From: Podarcis muralis
Lineage: Eukaryota
NCBI RefSeq assembly: GCF_964188315.1
Contig: NC_135668.1
Location: 33,976,001-34,040,000 of the forward strand
Length of the DNA stretch: 64,000 bases
Direction: 5' to 3'
This document shows positions 48,500 through 60,210 of this stretch, one piece after another (position 1 is the stretch's first letter; each line of letters begins with the position of its first letter). Made by a program: the position numbers and the translations under genes. The notes below the pieces were generated by a model, which saw only the letters and a program-made list of their open reading frames with translations, did not search any database and was not told the origin of the DNA.

Positions 48500-48900
48500 A
48501 AGGGGTTGGGAGACGGTTATGGGGTGGAACAGGCAACAGAGGGCTGCGCCTTACGGAGCGAGGGCTCTCTCCTGCCCAAGGTGGGTGTAATGGCGACTCT
48601 CACCTCCCCTCTCGCGGCAGCCTCGTTGACGCCGCTGCTGCCATTTTGCATTTTGCCCTCAGCTGCTTCCGCCCTTCTCCCCGACTTCCGCCGCGCTGTT
48701 TCCCGTAGCAGCGGCCCGCCCACCTAGCTTAACTGATGCGTTGTCAGCCCAACCGACTCCTGCTTCCCTCTGTTGCCGCGGTAACGAGCCCCTGTTTGAC
48801 TTACTGCTGTCACCCCTCCCGCGCGCCAGAGTTCCTATGGCAACGGTCTCCGTCTGCAAGGACCAAACTCATTTCAGACCGGCCCGGGGCAGAGACGATG
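48500..48900 (-). promoter_or_regulatory. METTL22 CpG-island promoter with ETS, YY1-like and two RFX X-box motifs
   Basis: CpG cluster; GTTGCCGCGGTAAC at 48772-48785 and GTTCCTATGGCAAC at 48831-48844. Confidence 0.7.
48604..48710 (-). other. METTL22: METTL22 promoter-proximal exon 1 (5' end approximate)
   Basis: CpG-rich; donor GAG|gtgaga at 48604. Contains two ETS cores (CGGAAG at 48666-48671 and 48684-48690) and a YY1-like CAAAATGGC at 48640-48648. Confidence 0.7.
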
Positions 48901-50025
48901 GGGAAAATATTCCAGATGTTAGCCCTGCTGGGCCAGTATGGCAGATCTCTGCCCTTTTTATTCACCCCCCGCCCCTCCACACCACCTTTTTCCCAGTTCA
49001 AAAACCACAAAAAATGTTCCTTATTAAAACGTGGAGTTACTTTCTGAGAATTTATTTGTTTAGCTCATCTATATCCTGTCTTTAAGGATACAACTCCTTC
49101 CAAGGCAGCTTTTCAAGTAAAATCAAAATAGTTGCAATCAGACAATAATATCAAATTCATCCTTGTACTTCTGATTGTACCGTGCAAGTAAAAAGATCTG
49201 GTACCTGGAAGAGAAATTGGTGCTCCTATAATATAAATTTTCATTTAAAAAAGATTCTAGTCCCTGTGCAATCTTTTACCTGCCTACTGAAAAACCCAAT
49301 TGAAATAAGTCAACTGAATTCAGTGGGGCTCCTATTAAGTACAGTGGGTCTTGCTTGTGAATAGATATGTAAAGGATTGCACAGGGATAGATATTTGTAA
49401 TAAAATAAAAACTGATATTCTCAGAGTACTGAATTCTGGCCAGATACCATAACTAATCTGGTAGGATTACAATTCAATTAATTTATTGCTTTGAGGAATC
49501 ATGACATGATTTTCTGTGACAATAACATGCAAAATGCAATATGCAATAAAAGCCATTAAAATGAAACAAATATACTAACAGTGTTCATCCACATAATCAC
49601 CCAAGAACAGCAGCCTTACAGTCACATCCAATTAAGACATACCCAGAGAAGACCCATTGAAATCAATTGACATAAATTAGTCACATTAATTGATTTTGAT
49701 GGGTCTGCTCTATTTTATTTACTATTAAATTTATATCCCACCCTTCCAAGACAGTGAATACATCAGTAAAAAAGCAATACAATTAAAAATAAATTTTAAA
49801 ACAGTTAAAAGCATGGAAAACAATCACATAATCTAACAGCTAATAATGTCAAGATTGCCAGGAACAGCATCTTTCAGCCATCACTCTTATTCTAAGATGA
49901 AAATAAAGATTCCTGTCCAAAACCTTCCTGCCCATTGTAGCTGACCCCATAGTCTGATAAGGCTGCTTTCTACATTCCTGTGCTCATTGACGGATATGTG
50001 ATGGGCAAATGCAATATGGCTCAAG

Positions 50026-50191
50026 CAGTGGCGTAGTGTGGGGGGTGCAGGGGGGGCCGGCCGCACCGGGCGCAACATCTGGGGGGGCGCTCGCACTTGC
50101 AGCTCTCTGTCCCGAGTGCTAAAATCCACGGGTTAGGGGGCGCAAATTACTTGCCTTGCCCCGGATGCTGACAACCCATGCTACGCCACTG
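50026..50191. mobile_element. 166-bp hAT MITE, CpG-rich
   Basis: Perfect 11-bp TIR CAGTGGCGTAG and perfect 8-bp TSD GGCTCAAG (50018-50025, 50192-50199). Confidence 0.92.
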
Positions 50192-53100
50192 GGCTCAAGC
50201 TTGCTCCCCCTCATATATTTTATGTGCATGATGTGCACCAAATGGCAGAGCCAGCCCAAGACATTTTTCTGCTGGAGAAATCAGGACAGATAAAAGAAAG
50301 TTCTTATTCACACAGCATATAGTTAAACTATGGAACTTGCTTCCACAGGAGGCAGTGATGGCCACCAACTTGGATGGCTTTAAAAGAGGATTGGACAGAT
50401 TCATGGAAGAGGAGAAGACCAATAATGGCTGCTAGGTCATAGGCAGTCATACTTCTGAATACCACTTGCTGGAATCTGCAGGAAGAAAGAGTTGTTCTTG
50501 TGCTCAGGTTCTGCTTACAGGTTTCCCTTTTGGGCATCAGGCTGGTCATTGTGAGAACAGGATGCTGGAACTGATCCAGTAGGTCTCTTCTTATGTTCTC
50601 ATCACATGCCAATACTAGCAAATCATGTGTGAATACTAGCAAATGGGATCATGTCCTCCACTGCACCTGAGGGCAGGTGGCTAATCATGGGATGCAAAGG
50701 GCGGCAGGACAGGTGCATGGCATGCATATCTTTGCCTTCCAGCAGAAGGTGTCTCAGGTGGAACAGCTGGGGAGCTGCCCCTATCGCCCCCTATTTTCTG
50801 CTCCCTGAGGCAGCTGCCACATTCTGAATAGCATTAAGACTGGCCCTGCCAACATTATCTAGGCTGAGAAGGTTTGTTTTGTTGACAGCATATCACAGAA
50901 CACTTGTTTTCTCCCACTAAGTATATATTTATTTAACCAGTGGAGCAAACACCTGACATTCAGGAACTTGTCAATGAAGGGATTCCCCAGCAACAGACTA
51001 GTACCACAGAATAAAAACTCCACTCAGATATGGAAGTTGGAGGGTATGGCAACCTGTAGTATGTGTTCCAAGACTTCCTCTCTCTCCTCTCTCAGGTACA
51101 GTGCTCTGTTTTCTGTTTGTAAGTTTGTGGTGGGTAATCTTTTAAAATCTTCTGCTAGTCTGAGCTCGTGAGAAATCAATCTTCGTTATGAAAACTGTTT
51201 TAGTGTGGCAGTATCTGCTCTTAGGAACTCCCCGCCTATTTACATCAGGCAGGTGGCTTCACTGTACCCTTTTCAGACCTGTTTTTAAATATTTTTCTTC
51301 TTAACTGTTTTCACTGGTCCTTTCAATATTTTTTTGCCACCTTGAGCTCACTGGGAAAAAGGCAGAAATGTAATTACAGGAACATAGGAAGCTGCCTTCT
51401 ACTGAGTCAGACCATCGGTTTATCTTGCTCAGTATTGTCCACACTGACTGGCAGCAGCTCCCCAGGGTTTCAGTCAGGAAGTCTCTCCCAGCTGTACCTG
51501 GGGATGCCAGGGATTGAACTTGGGACTTTCTGTATGCAAAGCAGATGCTCTACCACTGAGCTACAGTCCCAAATGATTAAATATAGTACCTCAGATGCTT
51601 TTGCTGCTGCCCTCACATCTTTAGGCAGAATCAGATGTGATATTCCATGTTAAGAAGCATAACGTAAGATGTAGTTTCATCCTGAAGTTCTGGTCATTGC
51701 CCTTAACTCTCTGGCCATGAGGGATTTGTAGGTGCATCTGGTTATCAGAGAAGACATATGTGCAACAAATCCTGTTCTGACTTCAGGTCTTGCTCTGACT
51801 TCTGTTTCACAAGCACAGGTTGAAACAGTCTCTGCTGAAGACATCTTGAATGTCTTAGAAGCTGATTAGAAGTGCCATCAAGCACCTGACTCACCACTCA
51901 GCTGAGTCAGAGAACTTGGATGGTAAGCCAATTGATCTCAGTAGCAGCCATTGTGGTTGCTTGTGTTGAACCACACAATGGTCAAGCCTCAGCCAGCTCA
52001 TGACTGTGAACCCTATGTCTTACATCCACTGTCAGAGGCAGTAATCCCAGCCGCTAATCCTACTCTTGAGCTCCCTGCCTTCTACCCTTCATGTCCCAGT
52101 GGGCACCGGCAACCACTGCCTACAAGAAAAGGATCCAGCCACTGCTGCCTCCCAGCATCCACTGCCTGAGGCAATTGCCTCACTTTGCTCAATGATAGGG
52201 CTGGTTCTGAGTGCCAGTGATGGCACAGAAATTGAAATTAGCTATTTGGTGCCATCTTCTCTCACGACAAGTGCTTCAGTTATTTGAATAAGCAAGTGAT
52301 TGAAAACAACAACAACAATGCTTTGAGTTCTTTTGAGAAAAAGGGTGGTAACCTATTGTTACAGGCTGCCCCACTCTCTGAGTGGTGTGAGATCCCATGG
52401 TCTTTGCACTTTACCAGGGTTTGTGTTGCTCTTGGAATGAGGCGCAACAGAAACTATGGTGTCTTTATGACATATGGTTTTATTTACACACATATACAGC
52501 CTGAGTGTAGGATGGAAGGGTGTACAGCATTCACAGTCCAAGAGGAGCCAACTTATGCCATAAATGTAGCAGCAACCTATCCAAACAGGCAGCCAGGATT
52601 GCCCTGAACCTCGGGTTCAAAACAGCAGCCAGGATGGTTCAGAGCTGCTTTGTAACAGCCTGCTCTAGTCTGTCTGAGGCTAAGTTGTTTCAGACTTTAA
52701 ACAAAACTGTGACTCCCTTATTACGACACCTGTATCGTTTCATGTGTGTTGCTCCCATGAAGTGAATTTATACAACTTCCTCATATTGAATAATCCCATT
52801 AATAAATCTACCTCAGTCTCCTGACCAGTTTATTCTGGCTGAGCTGGTCATGCCTCTCCAGGCTCTCACACCGTGGCCATGCAAGGCACTTCTCAGCAAG
52901 TTGGCATATAATCTCCTGCACTGAAACAATCTGTGCACTACCACGGACAACCCATACATTATTAGGGGGTACAAGCAATAATATCTAAGCTGTAGACCTG
53001 AAGAACAGCATAGTACAGAATGACTTTTCACACATGGCACTGAAGATGCCTTTAAGTTTCTGACATAATATAATAATGTGCACATTTTGGAATGCCATTA

Positions 53101-53838
53101 AGATGGGATGGGAAGCATCAGAGAGAGACTTTTTTTCAATGAAAAGTACAGATTGATCTTTCTATTCTCTAACATCTAATTATACACCCAAGAAATACAA
53201 AGGAGAGTCCTTTGGAGATCATGTGTGGATATGCCCTGACCATCTCTTTGCAGGTCACCCTATTCCCTTGTTGCAAATTCCTTCTTGCAACCTCCCTGCA
53301 GCTTAAAAGAGCTGGATTTACTCATTGCTCCCTGGGTACTGTCTGTGGTGCTGATCACTGACGTCCTTCTCCTCCTCCTCCTTTCTTGTATCCAGGAGAA
53401 AAAAGCTGTTTATCAATTATTGCCTGAACAAGAAGCCATTTGGTACTTTGACGGGCTAGAGTGGGCTTCTTCAACCATGCGCTGTGCATGTTTACTCATT
53501 TGGAGGGTGACTGGGTGAAGTGCAAAGAAGGGGGGCCAACGACTGTTATAAGTATCTCTTATTCAAAAGCGGAACCAACTGGCTATGACTTTCCATGCTG
53601 GGAGGAAAAGACAGAGTAAATAAAGGGAGAGAGGGACAGATTGGAGGCAGGGTTTAATTATGTATGGATTTTCCTGACCACCAGGCTGTTATTACCACCA
53701 TTTGGACTGCAATTCATCTGTTGGGCAACCAGAGAATCATATCCAGAGGACCAGCTTGTGATCAAGGGATGAAAACAGTGGTTCAGTTCTTTCAGTCTTA
53801 GGACCAAGGCAGCAGGTGGCAGCCAGAAGAAAATTGCC

Positions 53839-54022
53839 ATGAAAGTCACACTGAACGCCGTCTCCCTCTTGGCAGCCTTGGCTGGCGTGGTCAGTTTCAG
53901 CTTCCTGCTGGTGGCTATCAGCACTGACTTTTGGTACCTTATTGATGCTTCTAAGCTGCAGAAGCTCCTCAACCGCACAGACAGCCTGAGCTCCCATTCA
54001 GGGCTCTGGAGGACGTGCCAAG
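53839..54022 (+). CDS. TMEM114: TMEM114 exon 1, MKVTLNAVSLLAALAGVVSFSFLLVAISTDFWYLIDASKLQKLLNRTDSLSSHSGLWRTCQ
   Basis: gccATG start, 184 nt, G|gtaagt. Shows the claudin/PMP22-family W...GLW..C signature and matches human TDFWYIID and LSSHSGLWRTC. Confidence 0.96.
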
Positions 54023-55072
54023 GTAAGTAACCCCTGGTTTCCTCTTGAGCTTTGCTGGGAAATGGTTAGGCGCACAGGAAAGTGCCTTAGACCGAGTCAG
54101 AACATTGGCCCACCTAGAGCTCTGTACTGTTTACACTGACTGGCAGTGGCTCTCCAGGGTTTCAGGCAGGGAGTCTACCTGGAAATGCCAGGGATTAAGC
54201 ATGGGATGTTCTGCAAAGCAGGTGATCCACTTCTGAGCCATGGCCCACTGACATGTTGGGCTTTTTGGGAAAAGTCTCTTCCTAAAGGGAAATACTCACT
54301 TCCTTTAATTGGCTGGCTGGGCAGACCCCATCCCACCAACTGTCTCACAAGGTATCCCACCCCATGGCTGGTGCATGGGCTTATTTTATTTTCCAACCAT
54401 GCTTTAGTCATATCCTACCTTTCCTCCAAGGAGCTCAAGGTGGTGTATAGATCTCCCCGCTCTGTTTCATCATCACAACACCCCTGTGAAGTAGATTAGG
54501 CTAAGTGATAGTGACTGGCCCAAGATCACCCAGTGAGCTGCATGGTTGGGTGGATATTTGAATCCTGGCCTCCCAGGTCCTAGACCAGAACTCAAACCAC
54601 TTCCCTACCTTGACACTCTTTATAGGTGAAAGGAAAGGAAACAAGCATTGGAGAGACAGGACATTCCCAGAAGGAGTCCTTATTCTAAACCTGCTGGTTG
54701 CAGATCACTACATTGGTAAATAAAGGATGAGTGCTGGCAAATTAGTTAGTGATGGTTAGGATTAAGGGGCTAAGCCTCCAGGGTGGAGTTCTGAAAGGCA
54801 TAAATGCTATCCATGTTGAAATCCATGGATTTGACTGCTGCAGTCAAGCAATTGTTAAAGACCAGTCTCATAGAACTGTCCTGTGCTGGGAGGTTGCGTC
54901 AATAGGAAGTGGAGCTGCATGTTCTACTTGGTTTAGCAACCAGATTAATCAACTTGATCCTTCAGGTTGATTAATCAACGGTGGTGAAATGGAAAATTTG
55001 TAGTAAGAAATGATCTATTGAATTCTGAATAAATGTTTCATGGTCTTTCCCTTTCTTTTCTTTCTCTTCCAG

Positions 55073-55153
55073 TTAATAGGACCTGTTTCCATTTGGTAAA
55101 CCCCTTTAACCCTGACATATCAAATATCACCACATCACACAAGCAACTCTTAA
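55073..55153 (+). CDS. TMEM114: TMEM114 exon 2, (V)NRTCFHLVNPFNPDISNITTSHKQLL
   Basis: 81 nt, polypyrimidine ttccag|TT...A|gtaagt. Aligns to human [27 protein letters not shown]. Confidence 0.92.
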
Positions 55154-55335
55154 GTAAGTGGCTTAAAAAATGTACCAAAATTCATATTTTAGGATAAAAT
55201 GTGTTCAGAAATGCATATGTTGATATAAAACAAGTATTTATATACATGTGATATCTGAGTATGTCTTTAAATAAAAAATAGTACCTAAAAAAATCCCAGA
55301 TTAATGTGGAAATAGGATGAAATAGACATACAAAT

Positions 55336-56570
55336 GTTTTTGTTGTTGTCGGCATCCATCTGTCTCAAGAGACAATGGAGTGCGCCTCTGGGGTGAAGTC
55401 AAACTGCTGTGTTAGCAGCACCAAATTGACCTCTGTGGGGCTCAAGCCTGGACAGGTGTACGGAGGTCTTGGGCTGCCCAGATGTTAGGATGCTGTCAGC
55501 AGCTCCTGGCTGGTTGCCTAGGAAAGTATAAAGACAAGGGAAAGTATCTTACAGACCTTTTTTATTTCAATCTTTACAGAAAGAGGTTAGAGAACCTAGC
55601 CTCTTGGATAATGGCGTTGTCCCAAGTGAATCTCCACCTCCTCATCTCTTCAACTTCCTCATTTGTCATTCTCATCATCTCCTCTACGAGTGCTGCTATG
55701 TACCTATGTCTTTGAGTTCTTTGTTCTCCTACTTTTAAGGCTCACCAGGTTTTGGGAGATGGAGGGCCTAGAATGCTTTCTAATGACGAGTCAGCTGGGT
55801 GTTGTTCTGGCTCTCCCATGATTTCCCAGCTTTTCTCCTCATCTGCCTCTGAGCTGTGACCTCTCTCAAACCCCTGTTGTCAATATATACTGTCTTCCTC
55901 TTCCTCCTCTCTGGAGGGGTCAGCATGGGGAGGTGGTCTCCACCATTCCTCTTCTGCCCAGTCCCTGACACTAGATGACAAGACCTCTTGGCCTCATTGA
56001 TGTGGTCGAAAGGAAAGCAGAGCAATATGTGTGGTACCAGCTTGGCTGCAGGAGTTGCTGGAAGGAGTTGTACATGGCGCTATCCCAACTGCCTTAGGGA
56101 CTCCACTCCGGATTAGTGTAGGGTTTATTCCTTAGCCCTTTCTTCTCCCAAAGATATCCCACAAGGCAGCAGAGGTTTAGGATCAGAGTTTTTCTTCTCC
56201 TCGATGGGCCACCTTCCCAGAGCTTCCCAGGTTGATAAGCCACATCTGCCCCTCACTTCCCTCTAGTCTACAGCATGTGCAGAAAACACCTTATTGACCG
56301 TTGGACCCACAATCGGTCGTGTCCGCTCAATCTACCAGAGCCTGTCTTTGCATGCAAGGAAAGACTCTAGTTTACCCAGGGTTTGAGACCCATTGGCTGC
56401 CCTCAGCTGGTTTAGCTGGCCAGTCGAAGGCATTTCATGTGGTGTTACTGCTGTTGCATGCTGACAGCTTCTAGGAGCCACAGGTGAAGACTGAGAGCAA
56501 GGTGGTGACCAAAGGTGGACAAACTACCCCAGACGGAGCATGACGTGTCGCCTTCCAGAGGTTCTACCTT
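55336..56570 (-). mobile_element. Internally deleted RTE-clade element (5' region and 3' tail, no RT ORF), interrupted by a solo LTR
   Basis: 3' tail ...CCATTGTCTCTTGAGACAGATGGATGCC(GAC/AAC)n. Its 5' region is shared with 21625-21895. The RTE assignment is from recognition only. Confidence 0.65.
55483..55970 (-). mobile_element. Solo LTR (Gypsy-like), 488 bp
   Basis: TG...CA termini with short inverted ends (TGTTAG/CTGACA), a 5-bp TSD with one mismatch (CCAGA/CTAGA), and AATAAA about 75 nt from the 3' end on the minus strand. Confidence 0.7.
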
Positions 56571-57208
56571 TTCCCTAACACCCCATATACCCACTTACGA
56601 ATGTACACATGCAATATTGACAGACTGGACCCACTCCTTTCCAGTTATGGGGGCTGCCATCCCCCTTACTTGTAATGTCCCTGAATGGTGTTCTCTCTGG
56701 GGCATTTGGAGAGGGGAAAAATGGTATGCATTCCCTCCTACCCCAAAATTAAGATTCAAGACAAACAAAAGAAAACACTTCTTCACACAGTGTATCAACT
56801 ATGTGATTTTCTCCTACAAGATGAGGCAGTGAGGCTTTTTACCAGAGATTAGACAATGTTATGCAGGATATGGCTATCCGTGGCTGCTAGCCATGATGGC
56901 TGTGTTCTACCTTCACTTCCAGAGATATTGTGCACCTAAATTCCAGTTTCTGGGAATCACAAGTGGGGAGATTGATGCTGTTTCACTGAGTTCCTGCTTC
57001 CCATGGGCATCTGTTTGCCATTGTGAAAACACGATGCTGGACTACAAGAGCCTTTGGCCTAACCTAGCTGCAGAGCTTTTCCTATGCTCTTATGAGCAAA
57101 ATATTCTACCTAATTTTACCATCCAGGAATGGGGCCACAACATTCAGGGTCTGTTTGGACTCAGGCCTATCTCTAGAACCAAGGAGCAAAAGTCAGCATG
57201 CTTACCAG

Positions 57209-57455
57209 TCAATCAATCAATCAATCAATCAATCAAATCTTTATTATGTTCATAGACTAGTACAAGTAGGGTGGGGGTACAATCATTTATAATCTGTAAA
57301 ACGTTTTGGAAAGCTAAAAAGTATTAAAACAGAAGATATAGCTAAAGGAATATAAGAATCTAAAAGAAACTAAAAAAAAATCTAAAAGAAGGGTTAGGAG
57401 CATTGAATGGACGGGGAAGAGCACAAAAGATTACTATATAAAAGACTATAAATAA
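57209..57455 (-). mobile_element. Non-LTR retroposon 3' fragment ending AATAAAG-(ATTG)n, with a 12-bp TSD
   Basis: CATGCTTACCAG at 57197-57208 and 57456-57467; (TCAA)6 tandem tail. Confidence 0.75.
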
Positions 57456-60072
57456 CATGCTTACCAGAATCAAGGATAAATGTGAAAATGCAAAGGCAAG
57501 CAACTGTGAGCTCACCTACCCATTTAGCTGTAGCCAGTCTTTCCGGCTATATATCCATATGGTCATTCTGCTAGCAAGCAAGATGGCTGCCTTGGAGTGG
57601 GTCAACCTATCTGCTAGTGGAGAACAATAACCTAAGAGGACTCCTGTTGGATCAAGTCAAGGGCCCACCAAACACTACGCACTAGATAAATCCCCCAAGC
57701 AGAATTTGAGTACAACAGTGCTCTCCCTACTTGTGCTCCCCAGAAACTGGCATTGAGAGGCCTACTGCCTCTGACAGAGGAGATAGATAGAACATATCCT
57801 TAAAGCCTAGTTGCCAAATTCATCTAACCCTTTTCAAAAGCTGTCCAAGTTGGTGGCCACCTTGACCGTTCGTGGGAGCAAATTCCATAATTTAACTATA
57901 TAAGAACTAAGTTGCAGCTTATGGTAATTGCTGCAAGCTCTTCCTATAATGATGTGGAAATGAGGTTTGGAAGTCAGCTCCAGGTTCACAGTTCTAATAT
58001 GCTAGTCAAAAATCTCCTCATGCCTAAGCTGGGCCTGTTGCAATAAGATGAAATGTGTTCCTGAGTAAGCTGCCCACTGCAGTCTCTCTTTCTTGCATCA
58101 TTTATCCATTGTTATGAAAAGCCACATTTTTCATCATCCCTTGTAGAAGAGCTGGAATCAGTGATAGGTGGGAGGAAATCACAGCAGAACCTCTTGTTTT
58201 GGCCAGTTGCACCAATGTACTAAGGCAAGCACCTCTAACAGTTCTGTGAATTAGTATAATAGCATTCATTACCAACTCTTGAGTTTTTGTTATTTATTGG
58301 TTTCCATAGTAGCTATAAAAGACCAAGAGGGAAGCCAGGTTTTCAGTGCATGGGCAATTAGTACTGAAGAGAAACAAAGTGGAACTCAGAATCCAGCCAC
58401 TCACTTACAAGGATGAAAATCTACTCTTCTACTCTTCTTTTTTTTCAAACAGCAAGGCAGACTCTAGTCTTCTTAATTCAAACCCAGCATGTTCATTGAC
58501 AACATTTTAGGGTGATAACCATAGTCTCCAGTTGCGACGAAAATGCCTGGGACCTTCACAAAAACCCTTAAGCCCCCACAGCTTCTCACTTTACCATGCA
58601 GAGTCCTGAATTCCCAGCTGCAAGCCTTTCCTCCCTCTCCCCTCAAAATACCTCAAATCTTTCTCCACCTTTTCATTCATTGCTCCTTCCATCTCCTGGC
58701 CAGGGAAATGGAGAAGCTTTAGATGTACTGCTGCAGGTGGGGTCTGAGTTGGCTACAACCCAACGTAGACTCACCTTTAAACACAAACTGATTTGATTGT
58801 CTCTCCCAGGCTTACTTGAGGCCCAGGACGCCCAGGGCAGAAGACAAAAGAGGGAATTAGAAAGGCCTAGGAAAGTATTCTACACCTCTCTGTTTATTCA
58901 GCTGGTGGCAAGATAGCTGGCAGGAAAGGTCATCAGAGAAGCACAGAAAGCTGATTGAACAGGAAGAAAGCAAACAACCGAGCAGTAGCTCCTAGGAGGC
59001 ACCAGAGGCCTCTGAGGAATTTCCAGTTATCCATTAGCCCATTGCACATGAAAAAAGACAAAAAAGACAGGAAAAGAGAAAACAGGCAAGAGCAGGAAGG
59101 GTCACTTACAGCAAAGAACAAATCACAAACAAGCACAGCTGGGAGACAAGGTACCCATTCTCTCATCCAAAACATGTTTATTCAGAAGGAAGCACAGCTC
59201 AGTGGGACTTCAGATTGCAGCCACCATGATACTTATGAAAACCAGGCATCTTATGACACCTCTAAAGATGGACAGATGGATTGTGGCCTGGCGTCTGTGT
59301 GGATAGGGGAGCTCCAGCCCAGATGGATTTTGTCTTTTCTTTACAAATTGTTCTCTTACCACCAGGGATTGACAAATATGTCAGTTTCAGTTTCTCATTT
59401 CCCCCCACCTTAAATTCATTTCTCCATATTTCCACGGCAACTTGCTAAGGGGGGAAATTCATGAAAATTCTTTATCATTTCACTTCAAATTTCTCCTAAT
59501 AAATGTGGTTTTTGGACCGACTAATACATTTTTTTGTATTGCAAAATTGGAGAAGCATGAATTTGGAAGGAGAGCTGCCCTTTGGTTCACATATAGGCTC
59601 TCGAACTGCAAATTAGGTGGTTTCTTGTTGAAATGAGAACAATGGAGAAAAGGGCATTACAAAATCTAGACTGTAACCAAGTGAACAAAGTCAGAAAAGA
59701 AAATGCCAAGAAGCTTCTAAGTGGAGATTCCTCAGATTTAAAAAAATAAATAAATGCAGAGATACAGTATTTAAAGTAAGAAAAAGAGAAAACAATTAAG
59801 AAATCCTTATGTTGGAGTACAACAAAGGGACTTTCATTTTGTTGTCTGAAACATTTGTATAAGCAATCAGGATTACTGTCTCCAACAAATGTGTCTCTGC
59901 AACTAGCTGTTCTTAGTTTACATGTAAGTTTCTCTTCAAGGGCTACGTGACAAAAACTTTCATACCACGCTGTTAAATTAGGTCCTTTGAGATCCTTGCA
60001 AAAAGTGGCAATAGCCATATGTGTAAGGACAGTACTTGGCAAGTGTGATTGATGGATTTTGTTTCCCTCCAG

Positions 60073-60210
60073 ATATGCATGGGGCAGTTGTGATCCTGCT
60101 ACCTCTTAGCCTCATCTTGTTGATCTTTGGAGCAATGACGGGCTTCATCAGTATCCTTGCACAGGCTTACTTCCTCCTTATGTTCACTGGCCTCCTCTTT
60201 CTCCTTGGAG
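60073..60210 (+). CDS. TMEM114: TMEM114 exon 3, (N)MHGAVVILLPLSLILLIFGAMTGFISILAQAYFLLMFTGLLFLLG (TM2-TM3)
   Basis: 138 nt, cctccag|AT...G|gtaagc; seen in ORF 60036..60308. Confidence 0.96.

Noticed and set aside
56400-56570. HDV-like ribozyme at the RTE 5' end
   Set aside because: Hairpins are present, but I could not assemble P1, P1.1, P2, P3 and J4/2 by eye. An RNArobo or Infernal search on the family consensus would be needed.
58955-59413. 152-aa K/R/Q-rich ORF in TMEM114 intron 2
   Set aside because: Low-complexity purine-rich DNA with no splice signals or homology that I recognise.
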